Assembly: GCA_026023565.1 (NCBI GenBank)
Contig: JAPETS010000020.1
Coordinates: 1-64,000 of the forward strand
From: Cirrosporium novae-zelandiae
Taxonomy: Eukaryota
Reading direction: 5' to 3'
DNA length: 64,000 nucleotides
In this document: positions 11,227 through 22,624 of the stretch, in pieces
Numbering within the stretch: position 1 is the first letter of the stretch
Layout of the letters: every line of letters begins with the position of its first letter
Notes under the pieces: generated by a model
The model's database searches: none
The model's input: only the letters and a program-made list of their open reading frames with translations
What the model was told of the DNA's origin: nothing
Position numbers and translations under genes: made by a program

Positions 11227-12237
11227 TAGCACCACCATTTAGGCAGTATCACCCGCGATGCTATTCTACAGTTGTCACGTCACACCCCTCGCTCCAACAA
11301 GATACCACGAGCAGCCGTGACAGCACTCCTCCGCTTCGCCCTGGTGAAATGCTATTGGAGCTAGATATTCAGAATAATACCACCACTACTATCCTCAAAA
11401 CGTACGGCGATCAATCAATAGGTAATTTCTCGATCTATTTCACGTTGAAAGTTTTCCGAAGAGCAGCAGCAGGAATGGAAAAATAGCTTGTTAAGTTCCA
11501 TAACTTAGTCCCTAAATATTTAACTACCTATGCAAGCAATTCTACAGGTGAATTGCTATCCATCGCCTCAAAAAAAACTCTCATTAACAGCCAAAATTAC
11601 ATTCAAACCAGCAAGCAAGCCATATTCCATCTTTCCATCACTATCACCCACTACCACCACCACTACCACCACCGCCATCAGATCTGTCTGTAGACTTCCC
11701 CGCAACTCTCTCTCCCTTTCCCTCCCTTTCCCTCTCACAACCTCCTCGCAATCTCCATCCATCTTTACAACTCCTCCCCTATTTTCCCACTCCCCCAAAG
11801 AAAAAGCAGACTAAGTTATTATATATTATCTATTCCGTGCTCTACGCGCTCTCTATATTTCCATGTCCTGTGTATACCTTCTGTCCTTCTGTCCTATATA
11901 TCCTTACATATCCCACACATTCCGCGTTTTCAGGGATAATTCTAAGAAAAAAAGGGTTTTTTCAATTAATATATATGTGTGTGTGCTTCTTCATGAGTTA
12001 TTTTTTTTTGTCAATTCTTAAATCCTCCCCCCTTTTTTCTTTTTTTTTTAGGAAAATGATGATTAAAAAGAAAGACAGAAAGAAAGCTGGCATAATCAAC
12101 TACTTTTTTTGCGAGAAATTCTCTACATTTCTCTCTCTCTCTCTTTCACACACACACACTCTCTCTCTCACGCACACATTAATCTCTTCGCCTCAACCCC
12201 CCCAACTAAAAAAAAACCCCTCTGCCCCCCTCTCTCT

Positions 12238-12636
12238 CTAACACTTCCCTCCATTAGGATCATCCCTATAAAAAAACTCCCCATGATCCTGCTCACTCCC
12301 CATGTCACAAGCCTTCATCTCCTTCAACATATTCTTATGGCAATCCTGCTCCGTCAAGCTATTCCTCACCCCCTTCCGATTCTTCACCACAAAGTTCACA
12401 CGATCCCCGTTCTCGGTGTTGTAGCATTTGCGCTTGCTCTGTTTGGCGTGGAATGAACCTTTAAAGGAGTTGCAGGCTTTTTTTGCGTAAGCAGATAAGG
12501 AGTCGGAGATTCCGACATCGGACCAGGTTAGCCCGGAGGTGTAGCAGCCGTTTGCCTGGACTGAGGGGGGGAAAGTGAGGAGGATGAGAGTGAGGGTGAG
12601 GGTGAGGAGGAGGAGGTGGGAGTGGAAGGAGACCAT
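12238..12636 (-). CDS. Small secreted cysteine-rich protein (132 aa), Y3-like glycan-binding/effector candidate
   Basis: Hydrophobic signal peptide ending VQA; 6 Cys; C-terminal FFYRDDPNGGKC resembles the DPNxGxC terminus of Coprinus Y3-like proteins; intronless. Confidence 0.8.
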   Translation of the reverse strand: MVSFHSHLLLLTLTLTLILLTFPPSVQANGCYTSGLTWSDVGISDSLSAYAKKACNSFKGSFHAKQSKRKCYNTENGDRVNFVVKNRKGVRNSLTEQDCHKNMLKEMKACDMGSEQDHGEFFYRDDPNGGKC

Positions 12637-13776
12637 TTTTTTTTGAGGAGGAGGATGAAGATGAGAGGTGTGTTGAAGAGGGAGAGATTTGGGGTTTGCC
12701 GCGAGGTACTTTGGATGTTGCTGCTGCCGTCGATGCGACAATATGAGGGTATTTTGCTTGCAGAGAAGAGCTTTCCGCAATTTATATATCTAGGAACGCT
12801 GATGAATTGGAAAGTTTTGTGCAGCGGTGGGACTTTCCCGTTCGTTGCTGGTTGCTGGTTGCTTCTGGGGGGGGAGGGGTTTTTTGTTAGACCAAGCTCT
12901 CTCACTCAATATATTGGCGCAAAGAAAAAAAAAAAAGGTTAATCCCTTAGTTATAAATTCAAAACCATCAGACCAATTATAAAGATATAAAAAATTCCTC
13001 ACTAATTTTATTTTCCCCAAAACTTTTATTTCTTTATTCTCTTAATGATCAATGATGGATGGATGGATGATTAAAAAAAACGATGGTGAGATAAGTGAGA
13101 TCCACCCCCCCAAGAAAGAAAGAAAGAAAGAAAAGAACTCTCTGCTTTTTTATAAACGAACGAACCGCTTATCCACTTGCCGGGTTGCTCTTCTTTCTTT
13201 TTTTTCTCAATGGATACATACATTCCATATTCCACATCCCACACATCCCCGAGCCCATATTTTATTTTTTTTATTTTTTGCTTCTTTCACCTCGGTTTCC
13301 CCGTGACATCCCTTCCTTCACCACAAGACTCCACAAGAATCCACAATCCACAACCCCAAGGAGGGGAAAAAAAAAAAAAGGAGGGGGGGGGGGGGATAAA
13401 ACAAGTAATTACTTGTAGATCGGTAGCACAAGTACAAGTACAAGTAGGTAGATAAGTAAACCGAGATCGAAATCGAAATCGAAATCGAAATCGAAATCGT
13501 AACTCCTCAAACCCCAATTAACGAATGAACGAACGAACGAACGGGTGGGTTGGTGGTGGTGGTGGTCCCCTTTCTCCTCCCACTCCCCCTTTTTCCTCCT
13601 CCTCATTCTCATTCTCATTCTTCTTCTTCTTCTTCTTCTCATAGTACGTACCCGCAATGTAATCCCTCCTTCCCTCCCTTCCTTCCTTCCTTACCTACCT
13701 ACCCACTTTCCCCTTTTCTCATATTTCTACGGCTACCTGCATTTATATATATTATTATCATTATGTTGGGCTGTAA

Positions 13777-13807
<31 letters not shown>
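13777..13807 (+). repeat. G31 homopolymer within a microsatellite-rich intergenic region
   Basis: Uninterrupted G run; nearby (ATCGAA)n, (GAAC)n, (CTT)n, (GT)n, (GCAC)n and (GA)n tracts. Confidence 0.95.
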
Positions 13808-13810
<3 letters not shown>

Positions 13811-14745
13811 ACGGATGGGGGAGATGGAGGTATAGATGGATAGAGAGATCGTGAGAGGAAAGGAGCTGTGGGAGTTGTGGGATTAGGCGAAGCCTACAAG
13901 ATCTGATAATAATAATAATAATGGTGGTAGTGATACCCCCAACTACTTGCTTGGTTTTAGCTAATGGTGATTTTGTTTTAGTTGTTGATCTTGATGAGCA
14001 GAGAGAGTTTGTTAGAAAGGCAAGCCAAAAAAAAAAAAAAAAAAGGGACGTGGGATAATTAATTATTTGCTAATTATAGTACGTACTTGAGTGGGATACC
14101 CTAGTGTTAGGATATAGTATATATATATAACCTAGCTGCGGTGTAATGAGAGTTATTTTTTTTTTTTTTTGAATAGAGAATAGAGAATAGATAATGATAG
14201 GGACGTTGGGAGCGGTTGGGGTGTTGGAGTTTTAGTCTATAGTAAGTTCTAACTCGGGGGTCTTTGAGTCTTTACTGTAGACTAATAAGCCTTGAAACTA
14301 GAAAGCTAGAATTTGTATGTGTGTGTGTGTGTGTGTCTGTCTGTGTACTTGAGTAACTTAATTATCACAGTACCTAGGTAATTAGTTAGGCTTGAACTAC
14401 ACTTCAACCTCTTGCAATCCCGTAATCCCGCAATCAAGAACCAAGATCAAGAATCAAGAAAGGGTGGTCCCCCCGGCTTACACATACACATACACATAAA
14501 GGCAGCCACGCGAGCCAGCCAGGGAAAACCACTACTAACTAACTGGACTGGACTGGCATGCAGAACGCAGAAGCTCCCCCCCCCCCCATGGGCACAACTT
14601 GTCCGTCTGTATGCTCCCCTTACGAATTACAACCACCCGTGAGCACGCACGCACGCACGCACGCACGCATGCGATATATCACCAAATTGTTATTTATGTC
14701 TGTTTCCTATGGTCGTATGTACCTCCCTAGTTACCTCCCAGAATT

Positions 14746-14780
<35 letters not shown>

Positions 14781-15102
14781 AGTGCATAAGCAAAGTGTGT
14801 GTTAGTTGTAGGGGAATTATTATAACAACCAGTATTTTCTTCCAGTTTTGTTAGACTACTCTTTTCTTTTCTTTTCTTTTTTTTCTTAAAAGGCTTCATC
14901 TCTTGTAAAATCAGCGAAATATATGGTGTATTTTTAACTACAGTAGCTCGCTCTAGTTAACTTCCGGGATCCGTACACCCTTGCCCTTTTTTGTTTCTCT
15001 TTGGTTAATTCAGGGACTGACTGGTCCAAGTAAGTAAGTAATAATTAACAACAGCTTAACACTCACTAATACTGTCCCTTACCTTACACCGTGGCCCTCA
15101 CC

Positions 15103-18100
15103 TCACCTCAACCCCTGCATCCGAACCAACTCCCCATACACTCCGCCCCTCCTCCCAACCAATTCCTCATGCTTCCCCCACTCCACAAGCCTCCCCCTTT
15201 CCAACACACAAATAACCCCCGCCCTCCTCACCGTGCTCAACCGATGCGCAATCGCAATCGTAGTTCTATGCTGCGTGGCAGTGTCTAGGGCTGCTTGCAC
15301 CAGGGCCTCGGATTCCGTATCTAGTGCAGAGGTTGCTTCGTCTAGGAGGAGGATTCTGGGGTTGCGGAGGAGGGCGCGGGCGATGGAGAGGCGTTGCTTT
15401 TGGCCGCCGCTTAGGAGGGTGCCGCTGGAGCCGATGGGGGTTGAGAGGCCGGAACTGAGGGGTGGAAGGGGGGTTAGTTGGTTTTTTTATTAGTGCTGTT
15501 GCTGCTGCTGCTTTGTCGAGTGACGGGAGTAGTGGTTGGTGGTGCTGTGTTGAGGGGTGGGTGAATGGGTGGTAGGGAAGGAACGAAAAAAAAAGTGGGA
15601 TAGCTTACGGAAGAGAAGCAATAAAATCATAAATATTCGCCTGCTTGCAAACATCAATGATAGCATCATCGTCGACCTCCTGGCCCGCCAATCCAATAGC
15701 GATATTCTCACGAATAGTACCCGAGTACAACGTTGGCTCCTGACTAACCAGTGATATCATCCGACGGTACTGGTTGACATTGAGTTTTGAAATGTCCTGG
15801 CCGTCGACCTTGACGAGGCCGCTGGTCGGGTCGTAGAACCGCTCGATCAGCGAGACCAAAGTGCTCTTTCCGCACCCGCTCGGGCCCACCAGCGCAACGT
15901 ACTGGCCCGCCTCTATCGTGAGGTTGAAGTTGTCGAGGGCGAGTCGGTCGGGTCGTGATGGGTAGCGGAAGCTCACGTTTTGGATTTCGATTCGGCCTTT
16001 GCAGCTTGATTTTTCGATTTGGAGGTCAGTGGTGCTGTCTTTGGTGGTGCTGTCTGTGGTGGTGGTGGTAGTGGTGTTGTTGATGTGAGGTTTCCGTTTG
16101 AGAATTTCCGTTAGTTCTTGCGCGGCATGCATCGCTTTGCTCGCATCTGGCGCGTAGGAAAAGATGGATCCTGCGATTTGAGACCCCGATATCAGCGCGA
16201 CGAAGCAGATGTAGAATTGGAAGAGCGAATATTCGCCCTCTGCTATCAGCGTGCCGCCGTACCAGAACGCCAGTGCTGCGCAGAGGAATACGACCGACTG
16301 TGACGCGGCGAAGAGACTGGATGCCAGGAGGATCGACCGCAGAGACTTTACCGCTTGCTGGGCTAATATCCCATCGTACTGGACAAGGACAAACTCTTCG
16401 AGCCCGAGAGACGCCACAGTCCTCACGGATCCTACCAGCTCGCTGGCATACGCTGCCGAGTCTTGTCCGCTTTGTCTGATTTTGGAATCGAATACCGCTA
16501 GCATTTGGAGACGGACCCAGCCGCAGGCTACTACCACAGGTATGGTGGCGGTGCACACGAGGGCGAGTTTCCACCCGATAGCAATGGAGAGCACAATGCC
16601 CGTAATTATTGTCGAGATAAATGTCAGAACCCCACCGATGACGGGTCCACTTAGGTTGGTGATATCCTGCGTGCTTGTAGATAGCAGGCTGATGAGCGCT
16701 CCAGTGGAATGTGGCTTTTCATCAAAAAAGCTAATGTCTTGTGACATTATCGACCGGAAGCATAGGTCTCTAGCACGACGAGAGAGTCGCTCTGTTGAGT
16801 AAGAGAAAGACACCCCTACTCCCATCCAGAATATCAAGGCCACGCCCGCCATCATAAAGTACAAGCCAGACCAGAAATCGACCTGGCTTCTAAGCCGACC
16901 ATACTGCGAAGGAGGCAATGCTATGACTGCCAATAGTTTCGCAAATAGCAATGATTGTCTAGAGACGTATTAGCTGGTAGAAGCGAAATCATTTTGGGAG
17001 TTGATGGGGATTGACAAACACTGGAATGCCAAAACCGGCAATGATAGCACAGACAAGGCCAATAATTAATAGAGTACGCTCCTTACTGTTCAGCCGCCCG
17101 ATGAATATGAGGGTACGTGTCAGACTTAATTTGGTTTGCTTCTTGGCCTTTGTTGGTGAACTTGGTCCTGATTCAACATCATCGGCCAAAACATCTTCTG
17201 ATTTGTAAGCTCTCATCCCCTCTTTTGAAGAAGCATGAGCTACATCGCTGTCCTGGTCTTCAAACCGGAGTTCGTTCTTTTCATCTTCGTCGTCATCTTC
17301 TTTTATAGCTCGACGGGAGCCTTCGATCTGTTGTTTCTGCACCAAGCTAGCATAGAGACCATTTCGAGCGATGAGCTCATCATGCAGACCTTGCTCTACC
17401 ACTTGGCCTTTTGCCATGACGATAATATTATCAGCATTACGAATAGTGGATAAACGATGCGCAATCACAATCGTGGTTCGATGTTCTGCTGCTGTATCGA
17501 GCGCCTGCTGGATTGTGGCCTCTGACTTTGAATCCAGGGCTGAGGTTGCTTCATCCAGCAGAAGAATCGGTGGATTGTTTATCAGAGCTCGCGCTATGGC
17601 AATACGCTGCCGTTGGCCTCCAGAAAGCTGTAATCCCTTCTCACCAACTTGTGTTTGGTAGCTATCCGGCAAAGCCGCAATAAAGTCATGTGCATTTGCC
17701 TTCTGTGCGGCGACTATAACATGTCCTTCGATCTCTTTTTCCGATAGCTGGGACGGTGAATTAACAAGTCCATATCGAATATTATCAAATATTGTCGTGT
17801 TGAATAGAACAGGCTCTTGACCGACGAGGGACATTTGACGACGTAGCCAGTGAAGATTGAGCGATTGAATGTCCTGTCCGTCCAGCACTTTGAAAATTAG
17901 CTGTTTACATAGGCATTTCTCCTTGGCACGCTGAACCACTTACAAATTTGGCCTCTGTTTGGCTCATAAAACCTTTCAAGCAACCCGATGATACTGCTCT
18001 TTCCACTTCCCGAAGCCCCTACAATGGCCGTCGTCTTCATCGCTGGACACCTAAAAACAACATTATCTAGTACGACTACATCATCCCGTGATGGATATAC

Positions 18101-19273
18101 AAGACTAACGTCTCGAAGTTCAATGTCTCCCTTGACGTGATTAAGCTGCTCTCCGCTTGATGCAAATGGATCCTGTGGAGAGCGTCGAGCTATTGCTTTG
18201 AGAACAGCACCTGCGCTCGCTATGCTCGAGGTGAGGGCTTGAGCAGAAGGGGCAACTCTAACAATCGCAAAGGCCCCAATGGTCACGGCCAGTGTAGTAG
18301 TAGTAAGTTCTGAAATAGATACCTCTCCCTTCACCAGAAATTGAGAACCTGCCCAAAACGACAGAGCATATGCCAGACATGGCATAGCATTTGACCAGGC
18401 TATCATCACTGAGACGGTGTTTCGAGCTTTGATTTCTGGCCTTGCAGCATCGGTCAAGCACGAATAGTATCTTTTAGCGAGGAGCTCCTGGATACCAAAT
18501 GCAGAGACATGTCTCGCAGAAGCGAAAGCTTCTTCGGCCAGACCAGAAGCACGGCTATAAATTGCCATGGCCCTCTTGTGGTATTTGACTGTATAGGCAC
18601 CTCCAATGGCACCAGTGACAATCATGACAACGAAAGTGGGACTGAGAATTAAAGCTGTTTTCCAATACATAATGAAAGCAATAACAAAAGCTGCGCCAAA
18701 TGTCGCAACCGCATTCAACGCTATGGAAATCTTGCTCGTGATACCCTCTTGAATGAGACCCATATCAGACATGATGCGAGTGGTAATCTCGCCAGGACGA
18801 AGAAGATCGAAAAATGCAATGTTCTGCCGTAGTATTGCTTTGAGGTAAGCTCGCCGAAGGGCACGCGCCATGCGCTCTCCGACATAGTAGAACCCGACGG
18901 TTGAAAGGTAAATAAAAACGAAGATGGCGATGGCAAGGTAGATATAGTACAGACTGTAGGTTGAGATCTTGGACCGCAGCTGCGAACCAGAAACGGAACC
19001 AGCAGTGAAGCCATCAAACACACCGACCAGTTGACCATAAATGACCTGAACAGGGTATTAGGACCGCATTTGTGTTCTGAGAGGAAAAACTACCGTCAAG
19101 AGGGGATTTAGAGCACCAGCGATAACGGCGCTAAGGGCACTGATGAAGAGGATAAATTTGTCGGACAAAGTGGTATATGTAAACACAGTCCTTTTGCCCC
19201 TCTCTGGCTGACTAGGCAAGCCATTTAGCTGGCGGTCTAATATCTCCCTTTCCTGCTCGTCAAGATGCATCAT
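15103..19273 (-). CDS. Full-length ABCB/MDR-type ABC transporter (TMD-NBD-TMD-NBD, 5 exons)
   Basis: Walker A motifs GASGSGKS and GPSGCGKS, signatures [15 protein letters not shown] and [15 protein letters not shown], Walker [13 protein letters not shown] twice; four GT-AG introns keep the frame. Confidence 0.95.
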
Positions 19274-19507
19274 TGAGAGATTCTATAAACCCGAGGCAAA
19301 AGAGAAAGAAACAAAACTCGTGCAGAGAAAAAACTGCAGCATAGTTAGTAGAAAAGATTTTCTAACAAATCTCTTCATAACGTTGAACTGGTTAGTGGGA
19401 TCTACGTTAGTAAGGACTTGAGCAGCCTGCAGGTTGCCGGGATTGTAGTTGAGAGACATGAAGAATGAGGTGCTGTAACACAATGCCAAGCTGTCCTTGC
19501 ATGACAA

Positions 19508-19525
19508 TCTGACTGTCCTCTGACT
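19508..19525 (+). promoter_or_regulatory. TCTGACTG-N3-TCTGACT direct repeat in the ABC/aminotransferase divergent promoter
   Basis: TCTGACT-GTCC-TCTGACT; the same 11-bp-period architecture recurs at 22502-22519. Confidence 0.5.
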
Positions 19526-19774
19526 CTCCATCTTACTTACCCCAGTGACTTTGGAATCTCATCCATCGATATTTGCTTGTCCTGTACATGTATGTATAGT
19601 TCTTTTTGGGATATTACTATATTGCCTTATATAAGATAATAAATTATTAGAATTACAGCCAGCTTAGTGCAGGCTTAAAAATCCCTCTTTGAAATAATCA
19701 TTAATTTCAGTCTAACCATTTCACCTTCAATGCCCTTGAGAGCATTCTAATTTCGAATCTTTAGAGCTTCCAAA

Positions 19775-21285
19775 ATGAATCAATTGAACGGTACAGACGC
19801 GGAATCTCCGACAAGCAGAATCCTCCACCCGAATATTCACCATCCGAATCCAAAGGTCGTCTCGGCCAAAGGCAACTACTTGATCCTCGAGAGCGGACAA
19901 AAAGTCCTAGATGCTACTGGGGGGCCGGCAGTAGCATGCATCGGACACGGAAATGTCGAAGTCAGAGACGCGGTCGTCAGACAGATGGACCAACTCTCCT
20001 TCTGCCATGGTTTATCATTTTCAAATTCAGCCGCAGAGGAACTCGCAAGAGAAATTGTTAGTTCAACCAACGGAGTCATGGCTAGGGCAACCATAATGTG
20101 CTCAGGTGAGCAAGAAAGTAGCTCGATATATGCGAGGCTGATATATATAGTCAGGCTCGGAAGCAGTGGAGGCAGCCATGAAGCTCGCACGGCAATACGC
20201 CGTCGCTGTTGGACAGCCAAAACGGAGACGTTTCATAGCTCGAAGGGGGGCGTTCCACGGAACCACATTGGGATCTCTTGCAATGACCGCGAAAGCCGGC
20301 GTGCAAAGACCGTTCGAACCACTCCTTAACAAGGACGGTGTATCTTTCGTGTCGATGCCCAACATCTACCGCGCAATTCACGCTGGCGAGGCCATACCCG
20401 ACTACGTCTCACGACTTGCCGATGAGCTTGATGCCGAGTTTAATCGCATTGGTCCTGAGAATGTGTGCGCATTTGTTGCAGAGACGGTCAGCGGCAGTGT
20501 GAGCTAATAATTTACCCCTTCCTTTCATCTGACGATGATGGTGCAGCATCCAAGTACTAAGAGTATAGTCAACGGGCTGCCTTGCAGCCCCCCCAGGCTA
20601 TTTCCGCGCCGTTCGATCCATCTGCGACAAGTACTCCGTCCTCCTTATCCTAGATGAAGTCATATGCGGCATGGGCCGCACAGGCACCACCCACGCATGG
20701 CAGCAAGATAATGTCTCACCGGACATCCAAACTGTGGCAAAAGGTATTGCTGGGGGGTATGCTCCGATTTCGATGTTGCTGATGAACCAACGGGTCGTCG
20801 ATGGGATCGACGCTGGTGGTGGCTTTTTCAATCACGGACACACATACGGTTCGCACGCGGTATCCTGCGCCGCAGCGGTTGCAGTGCAGCGCATCGTCAA
20901 GCGCGATAACCTGCTTACGAATGTAGCGCAGATGGGAAATCGGCTGGGAGAGGGTCTACAGGCGGGGCTTGGCAGGCATCCACACGTAGGCGATATAAGA
21001 GGACGGGGACTGTTCTGGGCGGTGGAATTCGTAAGAAATAAGGAGACGAAGGAGCCGTTCGGGGCAAAGGAAGGTATTTCGAGGAAGATTAGACAAACGG
21101 GCATGAAAGAACCGTGGAATATCTCTCTCTACCCAGGCTCGGGCACAGCCGATGGAGAGTCAGGGGACCACATAATGATTTCGCCTGCATATAACATTAC
21201 AGCAGAGGAAATTGATCTGATCGTGAAGCTAGTTAAGGGGGTTGTAGAGGAGGTGTTAGGATCCCAGAAAGCAAAAATATGTTAA
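19775..21285 (+). CDS. Class III PLP-dependent aminotransferase (omega-transaminase-like, 3 exons)
   Basis: LDATGGPAVACIGHG, CSGSEAVEAAMKLARQY, AFHGTTLGSL, FVAETVSG, LILDEVICGMGRTG, PLP-lysine motif TVAKGIAGGYAP and HGHTY. Confidence 0.93.
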
Positions 21286-21317
21286 ATTATATAGATAGCA
21301 TCCTTACATAGTTTCTC

Positions 21318-22322
21318 CTACCACGCAATATCCTTGTGATCGAATGTACGGAAACCACAGTCCTTACCTTTTCCCATGCGGTCAATCTAATTTTCATGTT
21401 AGCTATAATCTCGCATCACTTAGATCTTCCACGTGCTACTCACCTCCTCAAATATTCCCTCTACCGACTCTTTCAGCGTAACCGGTGCCTCCTTCAATCC
21501 CTGTTCCACCGCCCTCGCATTCCCCATATCAGTTTGAATCCACCTAATCCACGCACGAGTGTCAACAACACCATAACCCACAGAAAAAAATGACAGCTGA
21601 CTGGATTATCAAAACCCATTCGGAAAACCTACCCTGGATGCACCACGCACACGGCCACAGCTTCTTCCATCTCCTTCCCCAACTTTCTCACCAAATAATT
21701 GCCCGCTGCCTTGCTAGTACCATAGGCAGCATCGGCCCATCCGCCCGTCTCCTCCACCCCCACTACACTTCCCACTATGCTCCCAATCGCCACAAACTTG
21801 GGATTGTCAGCCTTCTGCAAGAGCGGCCACGCCGCCTGGAACAGCAGCAAGGGAGCTAGAGAATTGACTGCCAAGGATCCCAAGAGTCTGTCGGGAGTAA
21901 CATCGAGAATTGGGACGCGAGGAGAGGAGGTACCTGCATTTGCAATGACGACGTCGATGTGAGTGACTTCGGGGTGGGTGGAGGAAAGGGCTGCAAAGGC
22001 CGAGATGGCATGGTTCACAGATAAGTCAGATCCAGCGGAGCCAGAGGGGAAGGAAAGGGGGACGTGAATCATGGTGGTCGTTGGATGGGTGGGGAGCGAG
22101 CTAAGTGACTGGGGGGTGGAAGTAAAACGGGTGGTTGCAATTACGATGTGGTGGGGGCGGAGGAGAAGGGCGGAGGTTAGGGCGTGGCCAAGACCTATAC
22201 CATATTCCGGGATGCATTAAGATGAGCCGGTTCGAGAGAGGAGTAAGGCGGATGACAAAACGGAATGGGGATACTGTACCTCGGTTGGTGCCTGTAATGA
22301 GGAATATTTTCGCTTTCGCCAT
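21318..22322 (-). CDS. Short-chain dehydrogenase/reductase (Nor-1/CsgA-like ketoreductase, 4 exons)
   Basis: Spliced TGTNRGLG cofactor motif, IDVVIANAG, catalytic YGTSK, VHPGWIQTDMG, ending HKDIAW*. Confidence 0.9.
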
Positions 22323-22480
22323 GATTCAAGGAGCTGATGAAGTGAAAATTGCGACGCTGCGGAGGGTGAGTATGACCCTTAGAATGCAATTCCTCGTCCT
22401 CTTGTAGACGATTATTCCACCCTCTCGGATTCCATCATCACTCACTTTCTCGCACGTTGAAATGGGATGGTGATGGAAAG

Positions 22481-22519
22481 TCTGACTAATTCTTATGCTT
22501 GTCTGACTGCGGTCTGACT
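22481..22519 (+). promoter_or_regulatory. Three TCTGACT copies, including TCTGACTG-N3-TCTGACT, in the SDR/P450 divergent promoter
   Basis: TCTGACT at 22481, 22502 and 22513; matches the motif in the cluster's other divergent promoter. Confidence 0.5.
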
Positions 22520-22624
22520 AGGTCGTTCAGGGACCCCAGCCACTGCTGTTCCTGCTCTTAATGATTGTAGCTCCGTGCTAGGGTTCTAGGTCCTCGGACT
22601 GTCTCTACCATCTCATGTTAAGCA

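Noticed and set aside
11530..14860. Many short ORFs in simple-sequence DNA (also at 32.5-33.9 kb and 40.2-43.7 kb)
   Set aside because: They are translations of microsatellites and homopolymers (poly-F, K, G, P) with no coding signal. Only 12238-12636 is retained.
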